DNA of 63,639 nucleotides from an uncultured Planctomycetales bacterium (lineage in GTDB: Bacteria > Planctomycetota > UBA1135 > CAZMYG01): contig CAZMYG010000002.1 in NCBI GenBank assembly GCA_964570465.1, positions 1 to 63,639 of the forward strand. Reading direction: 5' to 3'. The translations under genes were made by a program, and so were the position numbers. Below the pieces are notes generated by a model. The model had not been told where the DNA came from. It ran no database searches and saw nothing but the letters and a program-made list of their open reading frames with translations. Numbering within the stretch: the stretch's first letter is position 1; each line of letters begins with the position of its first letter. Below are positions 21,099 through 29,043 of the stretch, piece by piece.

Positions 21099-21854
21099 CT
21101 ACTGAACGATAAATTGTTCCAGGAATACTCCCGTTACTTTTCCTTTGCCGCCTGCGAACAACTCTTGGTTGATAATTTCGCGTACTTCTCGGAGCAATAA
21201 ATTCGTATGTGCATCACCGTCTAAGTCGTCGACGGTTTTGCTTTTCAGCAATCGAATCAATCTGTGTTTTATTGGACCCTTCATACCCTCTTCTGATTGC
21301 AGTTTTGCTGCCAATCCAGAAGCATCCTCACTTTCAAAAGCAAAACCAAATTGAACGAGTAAGAATCGTTTTAATCCGGCTTGATTCGGGTTGATTTTGA
21401 TTTCGTCGAGTTTGATGTAAGCGGTTCCAGGTCCTTTGGGTTCCGCGGCGGCGCCTTCTTTTCCAGCTTCTCCGTGCTCGCCACCACCTTCTCCGCCTTC
21501 TTCACCGTGTCCGCCTTCTTCTTTCTTCTCTTCTTCTTTTTTCTCTTCTTTGCCGTGCTCTGGGTCGATGGGATTTCCATGCTCATCCACAGTTGGAGTT
21601 CCCGTGGGATTTTTCATTTGTTCTTGCAAGGCTTGATGGGCCGCGTCTCCTGTTTGAATCGCTGCTACGGTGAGGAAATAGGCCATTGCAATCACTGCGG
21701 CCGCACCTCCACCAAGTCCAATATGCAAAACCGAAATCTTCGATTTTGCTTTAGGGGCTCCAGCAGCGCCTTCCGCACCTTCCTTTTTGTCGCCCTCTTT
21801 TTTGGCGGCATCTGGAGCCGGTGCAGCTTCTTCTTTTTTCTCTTCGTCAGCCAT
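21099..21854 (-). CDS. fliL: FliL, with an extended low-complexity linker
   Basis: One TM segment (ISVLHIGLGGGAAAVIAMAYFLTVAAI). C-terminal FliL block YIKLDEIKINPN...RFLLVQFGFAFES...KHRLIRLLKSKTVDDL...REVREIINQEL. Position before fliM. Confidence 0.75.
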   Translation of the reverse strand: MADEEKKEEAAPAPDAAKKEGDKKEGAEGAAGAPKAKSKISVLHIGLGGGAAAVIAMAYFLTVAAIQTGDAAHQALQEQMKNPTGTPTVDEHGNPIDPEHGKEEKKEEEKKEEGGHGEEGGEGGGEHGEAGKEGAAAEPKGPGTAYIKLDEIKINPNQAGLKRFLLVQFGFAFESEDASGLAAKLQSEEGMKGPIKHRLIRLLKSKTVDDLDGDAHTNLLLREVREIINQELFAGGKGKVTGVFLEQFIVQ

Positions 21855-21930
21855 GTCTTTGCCTGCTATTGCAATTTCCTGAGTTCAAGCCAGCTTTAGT
21901 ATCGGCAAATTCGCTAGTCTGCCCGTAGGC

Positions 21931-22647
21931 CTAGGGGGCTCGTTTTCGTTTGAGGCTCAAACTCATGAGTTCGGTTGCAAACTCTGGTTTGAGAGCCGCG
22001 AGAATGGCACCAGCCTTTTCTGTGTTTTCCTTGGAAATTTCTTCGAGAATCAAGTTCGCCGTTTCTGCGCCTTGGGCCTGCATGAGCTCAGCAACTTTTG
22101 AGGCGGGTTCTATCGTGTTATACCACGCTGCGATCGTGACGACGCTTTCTTGCTGCCTCGAGGCTAAATCGGCTTGTCCTTGCAAGAGAGCTTTGGATTC
22201 TTCATCCAGTTTTTTGCGCGTTTCTTCAATCTTGGCTGCAAGAGTTGTCAAATCCTCCCAGCGTCGTTCTAAGTCTTTCTCGCGTTTTACTAGATCTTCT
22301 TCCTTTTCACGCAGCTCTGTAAGTTTCACTTCTCTTTTACGACCTTCGTCGATTTCGACAGAGAGTTCGTTGAGGTTCTCCGCTGTGAATGGGGAAGGAA
22401 GAGAGAAATGTGCTAATGGAGGTAGCTCTTCTTCTGGTTCCTTTTTCTTTTCGTCTTTTGCGTCTTCTTTGACGGGTACAGTGATCACGATAGGCACTGG
22501 TTCACCAAAGAATCTCCCGAGAATTGGCATCCTCGTCAACGTTTCGCTGTTGAGCTTCCCTTTTGCTGCCAAAAACAAAAAGACGGACAAGAGAAGAAGG
22601 CCGAGACCTCCAGCCACCAATCCAACAATTAAATAAATTTTCTTCAT
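21931..22647 (-). CDS. Membrane-anchored coiled-coil protein with an MgtE_N-like C-terminus (FlbB/YlxF-like)
   Basis: N-terminal TM, an E/K-rich coiled coil, and a C-terminus VAELMQAQGAETANLILEEISKENTEKAGAILAALKPEFATELM that resembles MgtE_N-type helices found in ylxF/flbB-type genes located after fliJ. Confidence 0.5.
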   Translation of the reverse strand: MKKIYLIVGLVAGGLGLLLLSVFLFLAAKGKLNSETLTRMPILGRFFGEPVPIVITVPVKEDAKDEKKKEPEEELPPLAHFSLPSPFTAENLNELSVEIDEGRKREVKLTELREKEEDLVKREKDLERRWEDLTTLAAKIEETRKKLDEESKALLQGQADLASRQQESVVTIAAWYNTIEPASKVAELMQAQGAETANLILEEISKENTEKAGAILAALKPEFATELMSLSLKRKRAP

Positions 22648-22650
22648 GTG

Positions 22651-22953
22651 TTATCTCCAAGAAGCAGGTTGAATGTTCTTTTCCTGCATTCCCAACAAAC
22701 GATTGTTTTCCCGAAGTTTCACTTCCAATGTGGCCATTTCGACTCGCAGTCTGCAAATTTGCAGTGTGAGATCTTCGATTTGTTCACTGGTAGCAGCCGT
22801 CCCGCTGCCAGAGAAAATTTTTCCAATCAAGGGTAGTCGCGTGAGAGTGGCTTCGTTCAAATGTCCTTGCATGGCAAGAAACGAGAACGTGGAAAGAAAA
22901 AACAAAGCAATGCCACTCGCTAGCACTGCACAGAACACTCCGATGCGTTTCAT
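22651..22953 (-). CDS. Small membrane-anchored coiled-coil protein, an N-terminal paralog of the next gene
   Basis: MKRIGVFCAVLASGIALFFLSTFSFLAMQGHLNEATLTRLPLIGKIF aligns with MKKIYLIVGLVAGGLGLLLLSVFLFLAAKGKLNSETLTRMPILGRFF of the 21931..22647 product. It overlaps the fliJ stop by 4 nt. Confidence 0.5.
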   Translation of the reverse strand: MKRIGVFCAVLASGIALFFLSTFSFLAMQGHLNEATLTRLPLIGKIFSGSGTAATSEQIEDLTLQICRLRVEMATLEVKLRENNRLLGMQEKNIQPASWR

Positions 22954-23408
22954 GACTCCTCCATTTGTCTTTGTGCGCGTATAGAAGCAATTTCATCAAA
23001 GCGTTTCGCTTCTTGTGTACGCCAATCCTTCAAATGAGCTTCTTTTCGAATCGCTCGAATTTTTTCGATGGCCTTACGCCGTGTCGAAGCCACCAGGAAT
23101 TCCTGACGAGCTTTTTCCATCTCGACTCGACGAGTTTCGATGTCTTTGATCCGCCTAGAAATACTCCCCTTCAGATCGTCTAAAAATGATTCTGTCTGTA
23201 GGCATTCTAGAAGTGGTAGGGGAGAACGTTTTCGAAGTGAAGCGAGATCAGTGCAGGCGCTTGCATGTTGTCGTTCGCAAAGTGCTTTGGCATTTTCTGC
23301 TTCGAGTAATCTCATCTGGCTTTGTGCAAAGGCGAGTTTCTGCAAGCGTTCCTCCATCCGTCGGACGGATAACACTCTTTCTAGAGGGAATCGAAATCGC
23401 TTTGCCAT
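22950..23408 (-). CDS. fliJ: Flagellar export chaperone FliJ
   Basis: 152-aa all-helical protein starting FRFPLERVLSVRRMEE, positioned directly after fliI. Confidence 0.7.
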   Translation of the reverse strand: MAKRFRFPLERVLSVRRMEERLQKLAFAQSQMRLLEAENAKALCERQHASACTDLASLRKRSPLPLLECLQTESFLDDLKGSISRRIKDIETRRVEMEKARQEFLVASTRRKAIEKIRAIRKEAHLKDWRTQEAKRFDEIASIRAQRQMEES

Positions 23409-23410
23409 CG

Positions 23411-24724
23411 CTATCCTTCAGTCAGTTTCAAAAGCTGAGCCGTTGTTTCTTGAAACGGAACATTTTTCTCAGGTTCTTGTTTGAGGAAGCCTTCAATGTT
23501 GGCAATTCGAGTGAGGGCTTTGTCGAGCTTGGCGTTCGTGCCGCTGCGATAAGCTCCAATCTGTACGAGATCGCGGTTCTCTTCATAGGTTGCTAATAAA
23601 TCGCGGAATTTTCCTGCCGCCTGATGATGGATGGGGGTTGATACGGTTTTCATCAAACGGGAGAGGCTGGCCAAGGTGTCGATTGCGGGAAAGTGATTTC
23701 GATTGGCTAAGTTTCTCGAAAGGATGATATGTCCGTCGAGCAAGCCGCGCAGAGTGTCGCCAACGGGATCGTCCATGTCGTCTGCGTCGATCAAGACAGT
23801 GTAAATGCCTGTGATACTGCCACGTTTTGTTCTCCCCAAACGTTCGACAAGTTTTGGAGCGGTGGCAAAGAAAGAAGGTGGGTAGCCTTTAAGCGTCGGA
23901 GGCTCTCCCAGAGCCAAGCCAATTTCTCGGCAGGCGGCAGCGAAACGAGTGACCGAGTCCATAACGAAGAGCACATTCTTGCCTTGATCTCGGAAATACT
24001 CAGCAATCGCCGTTGCAACAAATCCTCCTTTGTATCTTTCAATTGGAGGACGATCTGAAGTCGCAGCGACGACTACGGCTTTTTGCAAACCGCTAGGCCC
24101 CAAAGCTTCTTGAATGAAGGCTTGAACTTCTCGACCACGCTCGCCAATCAATGCGATCACGGCGACATCGGCGGAAGATCCCTTTGCAACCTGAGAAAGC
24201 AGAGAACTCTTTCCAACACCACTACCGGAAAAAATTCCAATTCTTTGCCCTCTTCCCAAAGTCAAAAGTCCGTCGATTGCGCGAACTCCGGTTTCGAGAA
24301 CTTCTTTGATTGGCACTCGTTCGAGCGGGTTTGGCGCTTCGCGATGCACGGGGACTTCGCTAGTGCCAGGAATCATGCCCAGTCCATCCATGGGTCGGCC
24401 GAAACCATCGAGAATTCTTCCAAGCAATCGATCGCCGACAGAAATCGTGAAAGATTTTCCAAGGCTGCTCACTGGTGCCCCGACTCCAAGGCCATTCATT
24501 TCTCCGAATGGCATGAGCAGCGCCACTTCGCCGCGAAAACCAACGACTTCGGCAATTAAAGGCTCTCCTCCTTGCGCACGTTCGATTCGACACAGAGACC
24601 CTAAAGTGGCTGGAATACCAGAAGCTTCAACCAAAATGCCTACGAGTTTGGTGACATGTCCGCGAAAGGACGCGGTCGTGATTTGTTGCAGTCGATCGCG
24701 ATATTTGTTGAGTTCCACTTTCAT
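23411..24724 (-). CDS. fliI: Flagellum-specific ATPase FliI
   Basis: Walker A GIFSGSGVGKSSLL, Walker B VLFVMDSVTRFA, and F1-beta-like architecture; 437 aa. Confidence 0.95.
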   Translation of the reverse strand: MKVELNKYRDRLQQITTASFRGHVTKLVGILVEASGIPATLGSLCRIERAQGGEPLIAEVVGFRGEVALLMPFGEMNGLGVGAPVSSLGKSFTISVGDRLLGRILDGFGRPMDGLGMIPGTSEVPVHREAPNPLERVPIKEVLETGVRAIDGLLTLGRGQRIGIFSGSGVGKSSLLSQVAKGSSADVAVIALIGERGREVQAFIQEALGPSGLQKAVVVAATSDRPPIERYKGGFVATAIAEYFRDQGKNVLFVMDSVTRFAAACREIGLALGEPPTLKGYPPSFFATAPKLVERLGRTKRGSITGIYTVLIDADDMDDPVGDTLRGLLDGHIILSRNLANRNHFPAIDTLASLSRLMKTVSTPIHHQAAGKFRDLLATYEENRDLVQIGAYRSGTNAKLDKALTRIANIEGFLKQEPEKNVPFQETTAQLLKLTEG

Positions 24725-25320
24725 GCTTTACCGGTCAATGCTGCGGAAACTTCTTCTAAGAGTGAGTCGACTTCGCGTGTAAGTACTCCAAAGTTGGTTT
24801 TGATGGAGCACGATGCTCGAGCTACATTTGGGTCCGCTACGAATTGAATGGAATCCGTAGATTTTCCTCCCTCAGCTTTTTGCAATGTCGCGAGATCTTC
24901 AGGGTTGAGGTGAATTTCGAGTTTCTCTTCCGAAGGTTGAATTTTCCCTAACACCTCGGTCACGATGGCTTGGATGTCGTAATGCCCGGCATCAATTTCT
25001 TTGTGCAAAATCGATTTGCAAATTGCCAAGGCAAGATCGACCACTTGCGGTTCGATTGCTTTGATTTCCGCATCTCGAGCATCTTTAAGTTTTTTTGCAG
25101 CGGCTTGAAATGCGGACTCTAGGCTTTGTGTTTTAGCCTTGTTTTGTTGATCAGCAGTAGCGCTTCCTTCTTGATAGCCTGCGATCCAATCCACGCTTTT
25201 TCCTACGAACGGACCTTTATTTTTGGTGTTTTGACCGCCTGTTTGAATCAAACGCAGTCTCGCGCCTTTTAGAGGTTTTGAAAATTTGATCTGAAAGGAA
25301 TTCTCACTTGGGCTTGGCAT
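24721..25320 (-). CDS. fliH: Flagellar assembly protein FliH
   Basis: 199 aa located between fliG and fliI. The C-terminus ADPNVARASCSIKTNFGVLTREVDSLLEEV is like the FliH/YscL C-terminal block. Confidence 0.7.
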   Translation of the reverse strand: MPSPSENSFQIKFSKPLKGARLRLIQTGGQNTKNKGPFVGKSVDWIAGYQEGSATADQQNKAKTQSLESAFQAAAKKLKDARDAEIKAIEPQVVDLALAICKSILHKEIDAGHYDIQAIVTEVLGKIQPSEEKLEIHLNPEDLATLQKAEGGKSTDSIQFVADPNVARASCSIKTNFGVLTREVDSLLEEVSAALTGKA

Positions 25321-26371
25321 TCGCCTGTCCCTTTCTTGGAATTTGAACTTCTCCCGAATCGATCATGGCTCGAACCGAGACCATGATTTCCTTTTGCGCT
25401 TGCGTGACTTCTTCCACGGTTACGGCTTCAATCAATTCACGTTCTTCAGCCAACATCTGTTGCACACGTTTTGCCATGTTGGCAATGAAGTTCGCTTCGA
25501 CAGCCGGATCCGCCGCTTTGAGTGCGCGAGCCAATACGCCGATATCGAAACCAGTAAGCAATTTCTGCATGGCCTTCTTGTCGAGAATGGCAAGATCTTC
25601 GAATGTGAACATCAATTCGCGGATTTGTTTGGCCAGTTCTGCATCTTGTTCGTCGAGATTGGCCAAGATTGATTTTTCGACTTCCACATCGACAGTTTTC
25701 AAAATGTCGACGACGGCGCGGAGCTTTTTCTGGGGATCTACAACTTCTTCTTCCGCAGCTGCTTCTCCGCCTTCTGCTGCGGCTGGTTTAAAGGAATTTG
25801 CTTTTGCTTCCAGTGCCGTGACAAGCTCACGAATCAATTCTTCTTTTGGATTGTCCAGCACTGCCATGCGGCGAACGACATCGTTTCTGACGGCATCTTC
25901 CATTCCGCCAAGAACGAGAGCGGTCGAATCCGAACTCATGCGAGAGCAGACCAAGGCAATCACTTGTGGATGCTCTCCTTCGAGAGTTTTTCTCAGTAAA
26001 TCGATTTTGAGTTTCTCGAGTTGAATGAATGGGCGGCTTTTCTTCGAAGTGGATTCAATTTTCGCACGCATTTGCTTCGCGCGATCAGGAGGCAAGGCTT
26101 TTCCCAACAATTCTTCGAGCACTTGAGCCATGGGAGGAGGCGGGGGAGCTTCTGGTCCCGTATCCTCGAGCATGGCTTTGACAAATTCTTTGTGCAGTTC
26201 TCCAAAAGCTTCCTCAGTCATCTCAGCAGGATCTAAAGTCGTCATTGCCGCTCCGACTTCTGCCATCTCGTTTTCGCTCATCTGGGAGAGAATCTCGGAA
26301 GAGAGATCTGGATCTAACGAGTAGAGCAACGCTGCTACTTTTTGAGGGCCTTTCCAAAGAACTGGGCTCAT
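25304..26371 (-). CDS. fliG: Flagellar motor switch protein FliG
   Basis: IRELMFTFEDLAILD (the MFxFE motif), a torque-helix region, and 355 aa. Confidence 0.9.
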   Translation of the reverse strand: MSPVLWKGPQKVAALLYSLDPDLSSEILSQMSENEMAEVGAAMTTLDPAEMTEEAFGELHKEFVKAMLEDTGPEAPPPPPMAQVLEELLGKALPPDRAKQMRAKIESTSKKSRPFIQLEKLKIDLLRKTLEGEHPQVIALVCSRMSSDSTALVLGGMEDAVRNDVVRRMAVLDNPKEELIRELVTALEAKANSFKPAAAEGGEAAAEEEVVDPQKKLRAVVDILKTVDVEVEKSILANLDEQDAELAKQIRELMFTFEDLAILDKKAMQKLLTGFDIGVLARALKAADPAVEANFIANMAKRVQQMLAEERELIEAVTVEEVTQAQKEIMVSVRAMIDSGEVQIPRKGQANAKPK

Positions 26372-26380
26372 GTCTTTCCT

Positions 26381-27901
26381 TTATTTTTTCGCGGTCATCC
26401 AGGATTTAGCGACTCGGCCTGCACCCGCTTGATCTGTAGCGGCGAGAAGCTCGGTTGAACGCCGAGATTGAATCCGCGCAAGAACTTCAGGCGGTACCGT
26501 GACTCCTTCTGGTCCACCAGGAACTCCACCAGCGGCCGCTTTCCCTTTGCCGCCTTTCTTGATCAATCCTTTTAGGAAGAAAAGACCAATGATTGCGACG
26601 AGTCCTTGTACGGAATATTTAATGATTTCTACTAAGTTCCAATTATCGAGCATGCCGCCTTCTTCTACAGGTGCAGCCTCAGCTTTGGGCATCTCTACAA
26701 CGGCAGCGACAATGACTTCATCGCCGCGTTGCTGACTCCAACCTACAGCGCGTTTGACTTGTTCTTCGATTGCAGCCTTCTGTGCTTCGAGGGCCTTGTC
26801 GATCATCAAGCTGACCGAAAGTTTCTCGACATCAAAACCCGTGGCCATATTTCGCGTGATGGTTTTTCCGGGCTCGGAGTACTCCTTATAGGATTCCTTC
26901 GAACTGTCTGAAGTGGAACTGGTTCCACCCGTCGTTGCGTTGCCTGCATTTGCAGTTCGCTCAGCAATTCCCGTAGCGCCTCCACTTCCTGTTGGAGTGC
27001 CGCTTTGGGTATCACGATCGATCTTTTTCTCGCTCTTTAAAGGAGCCTTTTTGTCGTATTCAACTTTTTCGATGATGGGCGGAGGATTTTTGACCGCAAC
27101 GCTGACACCAACGATGGTTTTCCCTGATCCGTAGGCTTTATCGAGCATGTCTTGCGCATAGACACGACGATGTTCTTCTTCCATTTTCTGGTAAGTGAGT
27201 TTATTGGAAGCGAGTTGAGAACTGTTGGCTTCCATGGTTTTTTCTTGAGGCGTATGCAACGGTCTGCCGTTGTGATCCATGACGAAGACGTTTTCCGGTT
27301 TCAATCCAGGGAAGGCTCCGGCAACGAAATAGGTCACGGAAGAAATGGCATCTGGTGTCGCGATTTTTCCAGGACGCAAAGTCAAATAGACTGAAGCTTT
27401 CGCAGGTTTCTCGTCTTTGATGAATAGAGATTTTTCATCGGGAGAAATCATGACTTTGGAGTCCTCGACCCAGCTCATTTTGTTCAAGGTTTTGGAGATT
27501 TCTCCCTGAATCGCTCGAGTGAGATTCATTTTGAGCAAGGAATCGGTGAGGCCTAGATTGCTTTTATCGAGCAATTCGAAACCTTCGACTCCTCCTTTAA
27601 CGAGGCTTCGCTCAATGATGGCCGCTCTCACTTCTGCTGCGCGATCGCGCGGGACTAAAACGGTCGAGCCATTTCCCGGGGCCTGATAGGGAATATTGTT
27701 CGATCCCAAGTAATTGATCACTTTCGCTGAGTCTTCTGGTGCTAAACCACCAAAGAGAAACTCGTATTGCGGGCGATTCGCGTAATAAACGATCCCAGCT
27801 AATGCCGAAGCGCCGATCACAATCGCGAGCAAAATCGAAGCTTTTTGATTGGGACCGAGCTTTTTCCAAAACGCCGAGAATTGATCGAATATTTCTTTCA
27901 T
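26381..27901 (-). CDS. fliF: MS-ring protein FliF
   Basis: 506 aa with N- and C-terminal TM segments, a YscJ/FliF-like periplasmic region (LFGGLAPEDSAKVINYLGSNNIPYQ), and the expected position. Confidence 0.9.
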   Translation of the reverse strand: MKEIFDQFSAFWKKLGPNQKASILLAIVIGASALAGIVYYANRPQYEFLFGGLAPEDSAKVINYLGSNNIPYQAPGNGSTVLVPRDRAAEVRAAIIERSLVKGGVEGFELLDKSNLGLTDSLLKMNLTRAIQGEISKTLNKMSWVEDSKVMISPDEKSLFIKDEKPAKASVYLTLRPGKIATPDAISSVTYFVAGAFPGLKPENVFVMDHNGRPLHTPQEKTMEANSSQLASNKLTYQKMEEEHRRVYAQDMLDKAYGSGKTIVGVSVAVKNPPPIIEKVEYDKKAPLKSEKKIDRDTQSGTPTGSGGATGIAERTANAGNATTGGTSSTSDSSKESYKEYSEPGKTITRNMATGFDVEKLSVSLMIDKALEAQKAAIEEQVKRAVGWSQQRGDEVIVAAVVEMPKAEAAPVEEGGMLDNWNLVEIIKYSVQGLVAIIGLFFLKGLIKKGGKGKAAAGGVPGGPEGVTVPPEVLARIQSRRSTELLAATDQAGAGRVAKSWMTAKK

Positions 27902-27903
27902 GT

Positions 27904-28212
27904 TTACACCGACATCCGCATGACTTCTTGATAGGCATCAATGAGTTTGTTGCGGATTTCCATCGCCATGCGTAAAGACAGATCCGCTTTTTGAACAGCT
28001 AACATCACAGAGTGAATGTCTTGCGCTTCTCCCGTCAGCAATCCTTGCACCGCGCTATCGGCTTGACGATTTGCCGTTTCCACTTGGCTAAGCATCTGAC
28101 CGAGCATGGAACCAAAGTTTTCGCCTACGGCAGGCGTTACTTTCGTTGCTCCGGGAATCGCTCCATTGATTCCCGGAATCGAAAAACCCATTTTTTGAAT
28201 TTCGTCATTCAT
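27904..28212 (-). CDS. fliE: Flagellar hook-basal body protein FliE
   Basis: 102 aa with the C-terminus DIHSVMLAVQKADLSLRMAMEIRNKLIDAYQEVMRMSV, typical of FliE. Confidence 0.85.
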   Translation of the reverse strand: MNDEIQKMGFSIPGINGAIPGATKVTPAVGENFGSMLGQMLSQVETANRQADSAVQGLLTGEAQDIHSVMLAVQKADLSLRMAMEIRNKLIDAYQEVMRMSV

Positions 28213-28221
28213 GTTTTACTC

Positions 28222-28665
28222 CTAGCGACCCAGCTGAATGGCTTTATTTGCCATTTCTTTGAAGCTCCTCGCGGCAGCGAGATTCGCTTCGTAAGCTCGA
28301 AGCGCCGTCATTAAATCGACCATTTCAAAAGTCATGTTGACGTTTGGCATCAGAACATTTCCTTGTGCATCTGCTTCGGGATGACCTGGCCTGTGCACCA
28401 TCGAACCTGGTGTTGGATCTTCGAAGATTCCTGCCACGCGTACTCCAGATGCAGAACGAACGGACGGATCTGCGTTGCGGATCATGTCTTCGAGCATGGG
28501 CGCAAACGAAACGGTTTTGCGTCGGTACGGCCCGCCTTGAGGCGTGCGAGTGACTTCCGAGTTGGCAATGTTGGCGGCGATGACATTCATGCGAACGCGC
28601 TCTGCAGTCATCCCGCTTGAGCTGATTTCCAAACCTCGAAACAATCCATGTGATTTCAAACTCAT
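28222..28665 (-). CDS. flgC: Proximal rod protein FlgC
   Basis: SSSGMTAERVRMNVIAANIANS and the C-terminus MVDLMTALRAYEANL. Confidence 0.9.
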   Translation of the reverse strand: MSLKSHGLFRGLEISSSGMTAERVRMNVIAANIANSEVTRTPQGGPYRRKTVSFAPMLEDMIRNADPSVRSASGVRVAGIFEDPTPGSMVHRPGHPEADAQGNVLMPNVNMTFEMVDLMTALRAYEANLAAARSFKEMANKAIQLGR

Positions 28666-28667
28666 GG

Positions 28668-29042
28668 TTATTTACTCCCGATTACGAATTTCAGTTGTCC
28701 TAGCTTCAGCGAAAGAATTTCCGCGTAAGCGTTGTAGAGAATTTCATTGCGGTTGAGCCTGCCGATTTCTCTTTCGATGGTGATATTGTTTCCATCTGGA
28801 GTCGTTGGCCCTGAGGGATCCGAATAAATTTGAGGACGAATCGCTTTGAGTGCTTCTTCGAGTTTTTTAGGCGAGCTTTCAGAGCCAATTTTCTCGTTGA
28901 GCAATTCTTCAAACTTCACATCGGAACGAATGAATCCCGGTGTGTTGAGATTCGCCAAATTAGCGGAAAGCACGCGGTGTCGAACAACCGAAGCGTCCAT
29001 TCCGCGCGAAAGAGGGTAGAGATCTTGAAAGAGATCTTTCAT
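28668..29042 (-). CDS. flgB: Proximal rod protein FlgB
   Basis: RHRVLSANLANLNTPGF and C-terminal NEILYNAYAEIL; 124 aa. Confidence 0.85.
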   Translation of the reverse strand: MKDLFQDLYPLSRGMDASVVRHRVLSANLANLNTPGFIRSDVKFEELLNEKIGSESSPKKLEEALKAIRPQIYSDPSGPTTPDGNNITIEREIGRLNRNEILYNAYAEILSLKLGQLKFVIGSK

Positions 29043-29043
29043 G

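Noticed and set aside
21381-21899. 172-aa plus-strand ORF, plus the ORFs at 21436..21636 and 21371..21586, overlapping fliL
   Set aside because: This is the antisense or frame-shifted reading of the E/K/G-rich repeat codons of fliL. It gives poly-F/S/L low-complexity peptide, has no SD, and the fliL frame carries the conserved FliL C-domain.
21899-21906. GCCGATAC (a sigma-28 -10-like octamer, minus strand) in the 76-nt gap upstream of fliL
   Set aside because: No TAAA-like -35 lies at 15±1 nt; the corresponding bases are CGGG. A nearby GG..GC pair also has the wrong sigma-54 spacing.
21950-22636. 228-aa plus-strand ORF covering the FlbB-like gene
   Set aside because: It is an antisense reading of an E/K coiled-coil, giving S/R/F-rich low complexity. 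The minus-strand frame has a TM anchor, operon continuity and an N-terminal paralog next door.
25365-26024. 219-aa plus-strand ORF inside fliG
   Set aside because: It is a Ser/Ala-rich mirror-frame product of an acidic helical gene. The opposite-strand FliG frame has the MFTFEDL signature.
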